64,000 nt of DNA. Source: Planctomycetota bacterium. GTDB lineage: Bacteria > Planctomycetota > SZUA-567 > H5-PLA8. Each line of letters begins with the position of its first letter. The first letter of the stretch is position 1. Shown here one piece after another: positions 48,824-59,100 of the stretch. Made by a program: the position numbers and the translations under genes. The notes beneath the pieces were generated by a model that did no database searches, was not told where the DNA came from, and saw only the letters and a list, made by a program, of their open reading frames with translations. Location: assembly GCA_045863855.1 (NCBI GenBank), contig BTVV01000026.1, forward strand, positions 1 to 64,000. The letters run 5' to 3'.

Positions 48824-50446
48824 TCAGGACTCGATCAACACCTCGCCGTCCATCTCCGGCGGCGGCTTCACGCCCAACATATACAGAAGCGTCGGAGCGA
48901 GATCGCCCAGCCGCCCGCTCTTCAGCTTCGCCCGCTTGAACCGCTCGCTGACCAGAAAACACGGCACCGGGTTCGTCGTATGCGCCGTATGCGGCCCGTT
49001 GCTGGCCTCGTCCCACATCTGCTCGCAGTTCCCGTGGTCCGCCGTAACCAGCACATCGCCATGCATTTCCAGGATCGCCGCCGCCAGCCGCCCCACCCCC
49101 GCGTCCACCGTTTCCACCGCCTTGATCGCCGCTTCCAGCACGCCCGTATGCCCGACCATGTCACCGTTTGCGTAATTCAGCACCAGCAGATCGAACGCAC
49201 CGCTCTTGATCGCCGCCACCGCTTTATCGGTCAGTTCCGGCGCGCTCATCTCGGGCTGCAAGTCGTACGTCGCGACCTTTGGGCTGTTCGCCATCACCCG
49301 CTCTTCGCCCGGAAACGGCGCTTCGCGCCCGCCGTTCAGGAAGAACGTCACGTGCGGATACTTCTCCGTCTCGGCCGCGTGGAACTGCTTAAGCCCCGCC
49401 GCGCTCACGACTTCCGCCAGCGTCCCGGTCAGCTCGCTCGAATCGAACGCCACCGGCACGTCAAATCCCGCACGGTAATCGGTCAGCGTCACCAAATGTA
49501 TCTTCGGCCGACCGCGCCGTTCGAAACCCGGATTCGGATCGTTCTTCGTCTGCGCCTCGAAGTCCGCTTCGATCAGCGCGCGGATGATCTCCCGCGGCCG
49601 GTCGCTGCGATGATTAAAGCTAATCGCCGCATCGCCTTCCCGGATCCGCCCCACCGGCTGGCCGTGCTCGTCCACGATCACCGTCGGCCGGATGAACTCG
49701 TCCGTCTCCGCCGGCGCCGCGTCGCCCTTCCGGTGCGCGTCCGCTCGAGCGTACGCCGCCTGCACGGCCTCTTCGGCGCTGCGCGCCGTGAACTCCGCTT
49801 CGCCCAAAACCATCGCGTCGTACGCCAACTTCACGCGGCTCCAGCGTTTATCGCGGTCCATCGCGTAGTAGCGCCCGATCACCGTCCCGATCGTCCCCGC
49901 GTCGTAGAGGTCCAGCTTGCGTTGCAAATCGGCGATCGCCGCCGCGCCCGAACGCGGCGCCGTATCGCGACCGTCCGTGAACGCGTGGAAAATCACCCGG
50001 TCGCCCGTCAGCCCCATCCGCCGCGCCAGGCGCAGGATCGCGAAGTAATGCTCGTCGCAACTGTGGACGTACGCCGAACTTACCAGGCCGAACAGATGCA
50101 GCTTCGTGCCCTGCTTCTTGGCGTGCTCGCACGCGCCCACCAGCGCCGGATTGGAATTAATGCTCCCGTCGGCGACGGCATTCGTGATCCGCATCAGTTC
50201 CTGCCAAACCACACGCCCGCCGCCGATGTTCAAGTGCCCGACTTCACTGTTCCCCATCGTGCCCTTCGGCAGCCCCACATCCGTCCCGCTCGTGCGCAGC
50301 GTCGTATACGGATACTCGCGCGTAAACCGAGTCACGTTCGGCGTCTGCGCCAGCTTCACCGCGTTGTATTCCTTCGCTTCGCGCAAGCCCCAGCCGTCCA
50401 TGACGATCAGCATGACGGGGCCTTTTCGAGGAGCAGGGGTCGGCAT
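48824..50446 (-). CDS. gpmI: 2,3-bisphosphoglycerate-independent phosphoglycerate mutase
   Basis: MDGWG, MGNSEVGH, GRYYAMDRD, AETEKYPHVT, DMVGH, TADHGN. Confidence 0.97.
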   Translation of the reverse strand: MPTPAPRKGPVMLIVMDGWGLREAKEYNAVKLAQTPNVTRFTREYPYTTLRTSGTDVGLPKGTMGNSEVGHLNIGGGRVVWQELMRITNAVADGSINSNPALVGACEHAKKQGTKLHLFGLVSSAYVHSCDEHYFAILRLARRMGLTGDRVIFHAFTDGRDTAPRSGAAAIADLQRKLDLYDAGTIGTVIGRYYAMDRDKRWSRVKLAYDAMVLGEAEFTARSAEEAVQAAYARADAHRKGDAAPAETDEFIRPTVIVDEHGQPVGRIREGDAAISFNHRSDRPREIIRALIEADFEAQTKNDPNPGFERRGRPKIHLVTLTDYRAGFDVPVAFDSSELTGTLAEVVSAAGLKQFHAAETEKYPHVTFFLNGGREAPFPGEERVMANSPKVATYDLQPEMSAPELTDKAVAAIKSGAFDLLVLNYANGDMVGHTGVLEAAIKAVETVDAGVGRLAAAILEMHGDVLVTADHGNCEQMWDEASNGPHTAHTTNPVPCFLVSERFKRAKLKSGRLGDLAPTLLYMLGVKPPPEMDGEVLIES

Positions 50447-50816
50447 GGGCGTTCCTTTTGGGCGTGGTCCGCAAGCTTCCGTGCGCACAGATTAGAACTG
50501 CACCTGCACGCTTGCAACGCGCTTATACACCCCGAGCTTGGCTCTAAGAGCCGCGAACAAAACCCCCGTCGAGGCGGCTGCGCAGCGCCGGTCAAGCGGG
50601 ACCAAGAAGAAGAAGAAAAATCCGGATCGGGACGAGCATCCGGCGCCTGAGCCTGATGACGTCCCGTGAAGCACCGCCGCAAGCAGACGACCGATGTTGG
50701 TTTTTGTGGGTGGCTCTAAGTTCGCGCTCTTCTTGAAGATGCCGCAGGCCTATGCACCACGAGGCGTAAGTTTGGGGTTTTCGGACCTCCATTCAGGCTC
50801 GCTTCCGCACTCGTGA

Positions 50817-50885
50817 TTATTCATGCACGTGTGAATAAAGTGTTTTCAGTAAAGAGTTTAAGCAATAGAATTCAACTTATGCACG
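50817..50885. promoter_or_regulatory. DnaA-box-like elements in an AT-rich tract
   Basis: Inverted repeat TTATTCA-N8-TGAATAA containing TGTGAATAA (50830-50838); TTATGCACG 50877-50885. Confidence 0.5.
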
Positions 50886-50929
50886 ACGTAAACTAAAGGA
50901 CGGTATTTCGCACCCTTGAGGAGTGGCTC

Positions 50930-53900
50930 ATGATCGCCAAGCAGCAAACGATGGTCATCGGTGGCTATCAGTTGATGGAAAAGCTCGGCCAAGGCGGCAT
51001 GGGCGCAGTTTACAAAGCCAAGCAACTCTCGATGGAACGGATCGTCGCCGTCAAGATTCTCCCGCCTAAGTTCAGCCACGACCGGCAGTTCGTCGATCGC
51101 TTCGTGCGCGAAGCGCGGCTCGCCGGACGCTTGAACCACGAGAACATCGTCAGCGCCATCGACGTCGGCGAAGATCAAGGCTACCACTTTATCGCCATGG
51201 AGTTCATCGAAGGCACGACGGTTTCGGGTCTGCTGAAAAAGAGCGGCGCGCTGCCCGAAAAAGAAGCGCTCCAGATCTGCCGCCAGGTCGCCAAAGGCTT
51301 GCAAGGCGCGCACGAGCAAAAGCTTATCCACCGCGACATCAAGCCCGACAACATCATGATCGACAAGCGCGGCGTCGTGAAAGTAATGGACTTGGGCCTC
51401 GCGCGCTCGACGCAGGACGACACGAGCCTCACCCAGACCGGCATGGCGCTGGGTACGCCGCACTACGCCAGTCCCGAACAGGCCCGCGGCGACAAGGACA
51501 TCGATCACCGCTGCGACTTTTATTCTTTGGGCGCCACGCTGTACCACATGGTGACGGGCTTTACGCCGTACACCGGCGAGACGGCGGCCGTGATCATGGC
51601 CTCGCACCTGATGGACGATCCGGTGCCCGCGCACGAACGCGCGCCGGAGCGCGAGATCAGCGACGCGGCCAGCGAATTGATCATGCTGCTGATGAGCAAG
51701 GACCGCGAACAGCGCCCCAAAGACGCCGCGGAAGTGATTGCGCTGATGGAAGATGCGATCGCCGGCACGCCGCCGGCGGGCGCGGGCGGAGCGGGCATGA
51801 GCGGCAAACGCCGCACCGGCCGGCACGCTCCGGTCGGACAGCCAGGCATGAAAAGCGGTACTCGCCGAGGCACCGGGCAGTTCGTCCCGGTCGACGCGCG
51901 CCGCAGTGTGGCCGTGGATCGTTCCGCTAAGTCCGCGCCCCGCCGAGGCGTAGATGCGCCGGGCGGAACTGGCATGAATCCTGTCATGGTCGGCGCGGCC
52001 GTGGCCGGCGTGGTCCTGCTGGGCGGTTTTGCCCTGATGCTCGGCAGCGGCGGCGAAAAGCCCGCGCCCAAGCGCGCCGAGCGTATCGCCACCGAAGATT
52101 CGACGCCGACGCCGAAGCCGGCCACCCAGCCCGCGCCGATTCGGCCCGTGCCGGTGGCGACGGCGCCCGTCCCGCAACCGGTTCAGGCGCAACCTCCGGC
52201 CGAGCCACCCCCAGCCCAAACCCAGCCGCAGGATCAGCCTGAAGTGGCGGCCAAGCCGGAACCTCAAGCTCCCCAAGCGGTTCCGACTCCCCCGCCGCAG
52301 CAGATCGCGCATCAGCCGGCCGAACCCCGCGCGCCTCAGCCCGCTCCGGCCGCTCCAGCGCCCGACACGTCCGCGCTGGATGCCGCCCGCGCCGCCTTCG
52401 CGCCGGTGCGCGGCCAGATCTCCGATCTGCTCAAAGAGTTAAAAGTAACGGAAGCCGGCACGCTGCTGCGCAAAGCGCAGCAAGACCCCAAACTTGCCGC
52501 GCTCAAGCCCGAACTTCAGGAAGACGCGGCCGATCTCGAACGCCTCGGCAAACTCCTGGCGCAAGCCGAACAGAACGTGCCGCTGCGCAAAGGGCAGCCG
52601 ATGCGTTTCAAAGGCAACGACAGCACCATCAACGATTTGCGCAACGGGAAAGTCGAGGTGACCGTGAAGGAGCGCGGCCAATTGCTGATGCTCCAGGAGA
52701 GCATGAACAAACTCGGCACGCAGGAAATCCTGGCCTTCTTCGATGCGAAGCCCGAACTGCCCGAAGCGGAAGCTCAGCGCGCCCGCGCCGTGCTGCACCT
52801 GGCGGTGCAGGATCTTGACGCCGCGCGGCCCATTCTGGAGAAGCTCCCGGAGGACGTTCGCGCGCGCTACGCGGATCAGGTGGACGCGCTTCAGAAGGCC
52901 CGCGACGCCGCCGAGCGCGCCCAGGCCGTCGCCAAAGCGCAAGACGAATTGAAGCGCGAACTTGCGCAGATCGACAACGCGGTCAAAGCCAAGCAGTTCG
53001 AACCGGCCCAGCAGCGCCTCGACGCCTTGAAAGAGAAGTTCACCGATCCCGAGGTCGTCGCACCGTTTCAATCCGAGTGGAACCGCCTGGGCGAAACCCT
53101 CCAGGTCGCCATCGGTAAACCCAAGGACGACATGGTCTTGATTCCGGCGGGCGATTTCCTGTACGGACCCGAGCGCGAAAAGCGCAGCCTCCCCGCGTTC
53201 ATGATCGACCGCTGCGAAGTCTCGAACAAGGACTACAAGCTCTTCGTGAAATGGCTCATCGCCGACGGCAATACGGACGAACAGGACAAGCGCCTGGCCT
53301 CGGTCCGCCACCCCGAATCGCCGCGCCACGCCGGGTTGTACATTCCGCGCTACATGCCGGAATTGGGCGTATTCCTGGAATCCCGCGTACAAGCGCTGAC
53401 CGAGCGCAAGAACGAGTCGGACGGGCCGGGCGGGCCGCGCGAAGACCACACCATGCGGCGGCGCTTCGACGGCCCCGGCGGTGAAGACCGCACCAAGGAA
53501 CTCCGCTACATGCTCGAGAATTCGCACCGCTTCAAGGACGAATTCCGTACGGCCATGGAGCAAAAGGTCCACGAAGACGACCGTCCGGTCGTGGACATCA
53601 ACTGGCACGCGGCTTACAGCTACGCGACTTGGCTGGGTAAGAAATTGCCCACGCCGGAACAGTGGGAAAAAGCCGCCCGCGGGACCGACGGGCGCAACAT
53701 GCCGACCGGGAAGTGGAACGACCGCGAAGACGCCAAGAAATTCAACGGCGGAAACCAATACGAATTCCGCGACGAATACAACGGCCCGGCGCCGGTTAAC
53801 AGCATGCCCGAAGGCGCCAGCCCCTTCGGCGTGCTCCACCTGAGCGGGAACGTCTGGGAATGGATGCGCGAACCCGGCCAGACCCGCGGCGGAAGCTGGC

Positions 53901-54001
53901 AGTTGTGCTTCGGGCACCTCTGCCTGGACAACCGCAGCGACACGTCCAAAGGGACGTACGCCCGCTCGATCGATCAAGGCTTCCGCTGCGTAAAGGAATA
54001 A
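50930..54001 (+). CDS. Transmembrane Ser/Thr protein kinase with C-terminal FGE/SUMF1 (formylglycine-generating enzyme-like) domain
   Basis: GQGGMG, VAVK, HRDIKPDN, DLG, SPEQ; TM; LPTPEQWEKAARG, GNVWEW, RGGSW, GFRC; GAGGAG RBS. Confidence 0.93.
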   Translation: MIAKQQTMVIGGYQLMEKLGQGGMGAVYKAKQLSMERIVAVKILPPKFSHDRQFVDRFVREARLAGRLNHENIVSAIDVGEDQGYHFIAMEFIEGTTVSGLLKKSGALPEKEALQICRQVAKGLQGAHEQKLIHRDIKPDNIMIDKRGVVKVMDLGLARSTQDDTSLTQTGMALGTPHYASPEQARGDKDIDHRCDFYSLGATLYHMVTGFTPYTGETAAVIMASHLMDDPVPAHERAPEREISDAASELIMLLMSKDREQRPKDAAEVIALMEDAIAGTPPAGAGGAGMSGKRRTGRHAPVGQPGMKSGTRRGTGQFVPVDARRSVAVDRSAKSAPRRGVDAPGGTGMNPVMVGAAVAGVVLLGGFALMLGSGGEKPAPKRAERIATEDSTPTPKPATQPAPIRPVPVATAPVPQPVQAQPPAEPPPAQTQPQDQPEVAAKPEPQAPQAVPTPPPQQIAHQPAEPRAPQPAPAAPAPDTSALDAARAAFAPVRGQISDLLKELKVTEAGTLLRKAQQDPKLAALKPELQEDAADLERLGKLLAQAEQNVPLRKGQPMRFKGNDSTINDLRNGKVEVTVKERGQLLMLQESMNKLGTQEILAFFDAKPELPEAEAQRARAVLHLAVQDLDAARPILEKLPEDVRARYADQVDALQKARDAAERAQAVAKAQDELKRELAQIDNAVKAKQFEPAQQRLDALKEKFTDPEVVAPFQSEWNRLGETLQVAIGKPKDDMVLIPAGDFLYGPEREKRSLPAFMIDRCEVSNKDYKLFVKWLIADGNTDEQDKRLASVRHPESPRHAGLYIPRYMPELGVFLESRVQALTERKNESDGPGGPREDHTMRRRFDGPGGEDRTKELRYMLENSHRFKDEFRTAMEQKVHEDDRPVVDINWHAAYSYATWLGKKLPTPEQWEKAARGTDGRNMPTGKWNDREDAKKFNGGNQYEFRDEYNGPAPVNSMPEGASPFGVLHLSGNVWEWMREPGQTRGGSWQLCFGHLCLDNRSDTSKGTYARSIDQGFRCVKE

Positions 54002-54004
54002 TCC

Positions 54005-55648
54005 TTACGCTTTCGGGATCAGATCCTCGTACGGCACCGGAACGGGCACACCGCCCTTAGCCGAAGATTTCTCCGCGGCTTCGACGATCGCGATGTTGCG
54101 CCGGCCTTCTTCCGCCGTGATCTCCAGCGCTTCGCCCAGCAGCAGGTAATCGCCCAGTTGCTGGTAGTAGCGGTGCCAGACGGTCTTGGCCGTGCGCACC
54201 TGCATTTCGCGCCCGCGGATCCCGCTCGCTTCGGCGAAGAGCTTCACGTAATCGTTGTGGTCCTGCAGAATCCCGCCCTTCTCGCCCAGGATGCGGAACT
54301 TCGGCTTGCCCACCGCGGCCAGTTGCGAAGTCTCGAACTCGGCGATGCAGCCGTTCTCGAAGTGGACGAAGATCTGCGCGTGGTCTTCGTTGGTCGTGTG
54401 CACCCAGGCCTTCTTGCGGAAGCGCCCGATCACGTGCTTGATCCGGCCCGGCACCAGATGCGTGATCCAGTCGAGGAAGTGCGCGCCCCAGTCGTGCGCG
54501 ATGCCGCCGCTGATCGCCTTGTCGCTGCGCCACCACGTCCCGGGTTCGCCGAAGCCGCCGCTGAACGCCTCGATCTGGAACAAATCGCCCACCGCGCCGG
54601 ACTGGACGATCTGGCGCAGCGTGATGAAATCGCCGTCGTAGCGCCGGTTGTGGTAGACGTTGACCATGACCTTGTTCTTGCGGGCTGCGTCGATCATGGC
54701 CGTGCATTCCTTCGTGTCGATGGCCATTGGCTTTTCGACGACGACGTTCTTCCCGGCGTTGAGCAGTTCCACGGTCACCGGCGCGTGGACGTTATGCGGC
54801 GTGATGCAGGTCACCAGGTCCACGCCGTCGACCTTGAGCAGATCCTTGGTGCTGCCGACAACGGCCAGGTCCGGAAAATCCTGGCGCGCCTGCAACTGCC
54901 GCGCGGGCGAGACGTCGCAGATCGCCCGGGGCTTGAAACCGAACTGAGCGGCCATCGAATCGAGATGGTGCTTGCCCATGTTGAAGCTGCCGCCGTAACC
55001 GACCACGGCGACGCCCAGCGCCTTGGGTTCGGAGCGGCCCGCGGCCCAGCAGGCGCCGCGGCTGAGCAACTTGCGGAATGTCGCGTTCGACCAGCTCCGC
55101 GCGTCGTGTCCCAGCGCCGTATAGAAAACCCGGCCGGCGCCGTGATTGCGGCACAGCACCGCCGGCAGATTGCGGCCCTGATGGTGCATCGTCGCCAGCA
55201 CCTGCGAGCCCGCATCGTCCACGTCCATCAGGTACATCTCGTCGGTGATGCGGAAATCGTCGAGGCGGTGCGTGATCCAATGCCCGCGGTCGGCGAAGGT
55301 GACGGGAAACTCGTCCACCGGCGGATGCCCGCGGAAGCGTACGCCGAAGAGCTTGAAGAGCGTCTCGTTGGGCTGGTAGTCGCTGGCGCAGTGCACACCC
55401 ACCAGCGCCCCGCCGCCCTGCACGAAGGCTTCGAGCGCCTTGGCCTCGGCCGGCGTCACCTTACCCCATTCGGTGTAGGCCAGGACGCCGCCGTAGCGTG
55501 CGAGCGCCGCCGGCTTTAGCGCCTTGCGGTCGAAGGTGACCGTCGTTTTGACGCCCAGCGCCTCGGCCAGCAGACCCGAAAAAACGTCGGCCGCCTGTTG
55601 GAACGCGTGCCACTTGCCTCCGACCAGCATCAACCACGGCTTAGCCAT
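54005..55648 (-). CDS. ThuA-like domain fused to Gfo/Idh/MocA oxidoreductase
   Basis: GGALVGVH, DEMY, GRVFYTALGH; GYGG, EKP, DWGAH; AAAGGA RBS. Confidence 0.88.
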   Translation of the reverse strand: MAKPWLMLVGGKWHAFQQAADVFSGLLAEALGVKTTVTFDRKALKPAALARYGGVLAYTEWGKVTPAEAKALEAFVQGGGALVGVHCASDYQPNETLFKLFGVRFRGHPPVDEFPVTFADRGHWITHRLDDFRITDEMYLMDVDDAGSQVLATMHHQGRNLPAVLCRNHGAGRVFYTALGHDARSWSNATFRKLLSRGACWAAGRSEPKALGVAVVGYGGSFNMGKHHLDSMAAQFGFKPRAICDVSPARQLQARQDFPDLAVVGSTKDLLKVDGVDLVTCITPHNVHAPVTVELLNAGKNVVVEKPMAIDTKECTAMIDAARKNKVMVNVYHNRRYDGDFITLRQIVQSGAVGDLFQIEAFSGGFGEPGTWWRSDKAISGGIAHDWGAHFLDWITHLVPGRIKHVIGRFRKKAWVHTTNEDHAQIFVHFENGCIAEFETSQLAAVGKPKFRILGEKGGILQDHNDYVKLFAEASGIRGREMQVRTAKTVWHRYYQQLGDYLLLGEALEITAEEGRRNIAIVEAAEKSSAKGGVPVPVPYEDLIPKA

Positions 55649-55872
55649 CGTGCGATCCTTTTGCCAGATGTGTATGGGAACGGGTGTTGCCGCGCCGCGC
55701 GCTTTGCCACGCGCGAAACCCAAACGCGGATCGATGCACTCCCTCGTTGCATGCGCAGGCCTTCCATGCTGGCAGGCCCGCCCGCGCCGCGCAACGTCAG
55801 GAAACGAGCGCGCTTTTCATTTGCGCGCCTTGCGGTTACAAGCAAGAGGTGCGCGGGAGGCGTAAGAGTCCG

Positions 55873-56172
55873 ATGGGCAAGGTCGTCTGCAGTGCCGCGG
55901 CGAAGCCGCTGGATCCCACTAAGGTCGTCTTCTTCGCCACGCGCCCCGTTCAGGACGCCGACGGCTCGTGGTTCGAGGACGTCACCGCGCGCATCGCACG
56001 GCTTGAAATCGAGGCCACCGAATCCGATCCGGAAACGCCGCACTTCCTGGTGCGCAAGGACGACAAGGGCAAGCTGGTCTGGCGCACTCAACACGCCTCG
56101 CGGCAGGAAGCGATCTGGCAAGCGGAGTGGGAGTACGAGATCAAGGCGGAGGCCTGGACGAAGGCGGAGTAG
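55873..56172 (+). CDS. Small hypothetical protein (99 aa)
   Basis: GGGAGG upstream; GC3-biased codons; Trp-rich C-terminal motif TQHASRQEAIWQAEWEY. Confidence 0.6.
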   Translation: MGKVVCSAAAKPLDPTKVVFFATRPVQDADGSWFEDVTARIARLEIEATESDPETPHFLVRKDDKGKLVWRTQHASRQEAIWQAEWEYEIKAEAWTKAE

Positions 56173-56178
56173 CGGCGG

Positions 56179-59100
56179 CTAACTTACCTCGGGCTGCGTA
56201 TACTGGAACAAGCTCAGCAAATCGTCGCGGTCCAGATCCTTAAAGCCCTGTTCGTCGGCGCGCACGATCGTATCGGCCAGATCGCGCTTGAGCGCTTGCC
56301 GCGCGAGAATCTTCTCTTCCACCGTGCCCTGCGAAACCAGCTTGTACACGTTGACCACGCGCGTCTGCCCGATGCGGTACGCGCGGTCCTGCGCTTGGCG
56401 GTCGTTGGCCGGGTTCCAGTCGTGGTCGTAGAAGATGACGGTGTCGGCGCCGGTGAGGTTCAAGCCCGTGCCACCCGCGCGCGTCGAAATCAAAAACGCC
56501 AGCAGCGACGGATCGGCGTTGAAGCGGTCGACCAGACCCTGCCGCGACGGACCGGGCGTGGAACCGTCCAGGCGCAGGCACGATTCCCCGCGCTGCCCGA
56601 GGAAATGCTCCAGAATGTCGAGCATGCTCGTGAGCTGGCTGAAGATCAGGCAGCGGTGCCCGCCGGCTTTGCATTGATCCAAGAGATCGGCCAGCGCTTC
56701 CAGTTTGCCGCTGCGCGTCTCGTAACCGGGCATCGGCGTGAAACGCTTCTGCTTTTCGTCGCGTTCGACGTACACCAGATCGGGGTGGTTGCAGATTTTA
56801 CGGAGCATCGTGAGCGCCGCGAGGATCTGCGTCTGCGCGCCGCCGGCGCCGCGCTCTTCGAACTCTTGCACCGCCCGCTTGGCCTGTTCGCTGACGCCGA
56901 ACTTCTTGTACAGCGCCACCTGGTCGGCGGTGAGGTAGCACGGCACGTCCTGCTCGATCTTCGCCGGCAGATCCTTCGCGACTTCGGTCTTGAGCCGGCG
57001 CAGCACGAACGGGCCGATGCGCTGGCGCAGCGTCTCCGCCGAGGTCTGCCCCTGGTCGAACTCCTGCCGCGTCGCGCCGGGCGTGCGCCCCTTCGTGATG
57101 GGCTCCTCGTAGCTGCGGAAAAAATGCGCGTAGCGCCCGAGGTACCCCGGCATCAGGAAATCGAAGAGCGACCAGAGTTCCTCCAGCCGGTTCTGCACCG
57201 GCGTGCCGGTCAGCGCCAGGCGGTGCCGGCTGGGGATCGTCTTGATCGCCTTGCTCGTGGCGGCCGCGGCGTTCTTGATCGTGTGCGCTTCGTCGAGGAT
57301 CACGTAGCGCCACTGTTCTTCCTTCAGCAGCGAGGCGTCGTTCCGCGCAGTCGCGTAGGTGGTCAGGATCAGATCGTGCTCGGCGATCCGCTTGCGCAGT
57401 TGGTCGCGGCGCGACGGCGAACCCGTGTAGCGCATCACCGTCATGCGCGGATCGACCTTGCGCACTTCCGCGCGCCAGTTGTCCACCAGCGAGGTGGGAC
57501 AGACGATCAGCGTCGGCCACGGACCTTGTTCCTCGCGCAGCGCCGAAAGCATCGCCAGCGTCTGTGCGGTCTTGCCGAGGCCCATCTCGTCAGCCAGAAT
57601 CCCGTTCAAGCCGTACTTGGTCAGGAAGCGCAGCCACGAATAGCCTTGGTTCTGGTACGGCCGCAGCGTGACCTTCAGGCCCGCCGGCTGCTCGGTATGC
57701 TCCACGCCTTCGAAGCGGTGCAGCCCGTCGAGGAACGAGCGGTAGCGGTCCGAATGCTCCACGCTGCCGGCGAGGCTGAAGAGCGCTTCGACTTTGCGCC
57801 GTTCGTCGGGCCGGAAACGGTAGCGGTTGCCGCCGTGGCGGCGCAGGCCGCTGCGTTCGGCATCGCGGTGAAACTGTTTAAACAGCTCGCCGTCCAGCCG
57901 GTACCACTTCTTGCCGTAATGCAGCCATTGGCGGCGCTGCACCATCAGCTTGCGCAGTTCCTGGTCCGAGAGCGCCTGACCTTCGACCGACATCTCGGCG
58001 TCGACGGTGAACCACGTTTCGCTGCCTTCTTCCTCCACGCCCAGCCGCAGGCGCAGATCGACCGGTTCGTCGGCCACCGAGTGCGCGCCTTCGACCGCGT
58101 CGGCGACGTACACGTTCCATGGGTTCGAGGTATCTATCGCCTGCTTGCGCGCCCAATCCAGCAGCGCCGGAACCTGCTCGTCGCGGGCGTGAAACGTGTC
58201 GGGCGATCCGTTGGCGGTGGCGATCTTCTTCACCGCGTCGCGCGCGCGCTTCACCGTCTCGGCATCGACGCGGCAGTAGGCCGTGCCCTTGCGGATCACC
58301 GCCTGCCCGCGCGTGGCCGCCTCGATCAGTTCGTCCGCGCTGAAAGTCTCCGCGGCGCTGGTGCCCGCGGCCGTGACTTCGAAGCGCAGCGCCGCCTTGA
58401 CCTCCTCGGGCGACTGCGGATCGGCCTCGATCTCCAGCACCGGGCGCGGGGCCTGGGCCGCGGCGGAGGCCACGGCCAGTTCGGGCGGCATGCGCAGGTC
58501 CAGGCTCGCCGAGGCGCGTTGCGCGGCCTCGAGCAGCGCCCAGGCGTCCCGGTCTTCGAAGACGTGCTCGCCGCGCTCGAACGCTTCGCCCAACGGGCCT
58601 TCGGGCGACCAATCGGGCGCCGGCGTCACCGCGCGGTCGAAGCTCCACCATTCGGAATTGCGCGCCAGCGGCAGCCCCAGTTCGGCCCCGGTCTCGGCGT
58701 TGCGCCACGTCGCCGCCGCGCGCAAGCGCACCGGACCGTCGCCGCCCAGGTTCTCCAGCGTCAGCGCCGGACGCGGCGCCTCGCCCAGCACCAGCGTCAT
58801 TGCCACGCGCGTGCTCTCGCGCAGGCGCACGCTCGGAGAGCCCTGCCGCAAAAGCGCCAGTACCGCAGCAAAGCGTTCGCGCTCGACGCGGTACGCGATC
58901 CCGTCGCTGCTGGCCATCCCGCGCAGCGTCCGGACGATCAGCGCGTCCACCGGGTCCACCGCGAGCTTCACGCCTTGGCAGATCAGGCGCTCGCCTTCCG
59001 ATTGCAGGAGTTTCAAACGCAGGAGCTGGCCATTGACGTTTACCGCGGCGCGCACGACCAGACCCGGCCACGGCCAGGCCTCGGCCAGCGAGAGTTCCAG

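Noticed and set aside
50711..50725. Sigma54 promoter TGGC-N-TCGC
   Set aside because: GG-N10-GC spacing fits but the -12 element is non-consensus; too weak to call
52100..52380. Pro/Gln/Ala-rich stretch as a DNA repeat element
   Set aside because: Low-complexity protein stalk of the kinase, not a nucleotide-level repeat
53880..54001. Diversity-generating retroelement target (FGE/CLec C-terminus)
   Set aside because: No template repeat with adenine-specific differences and no reverse transcriptase in the window; a remote DGR cannot be excluded
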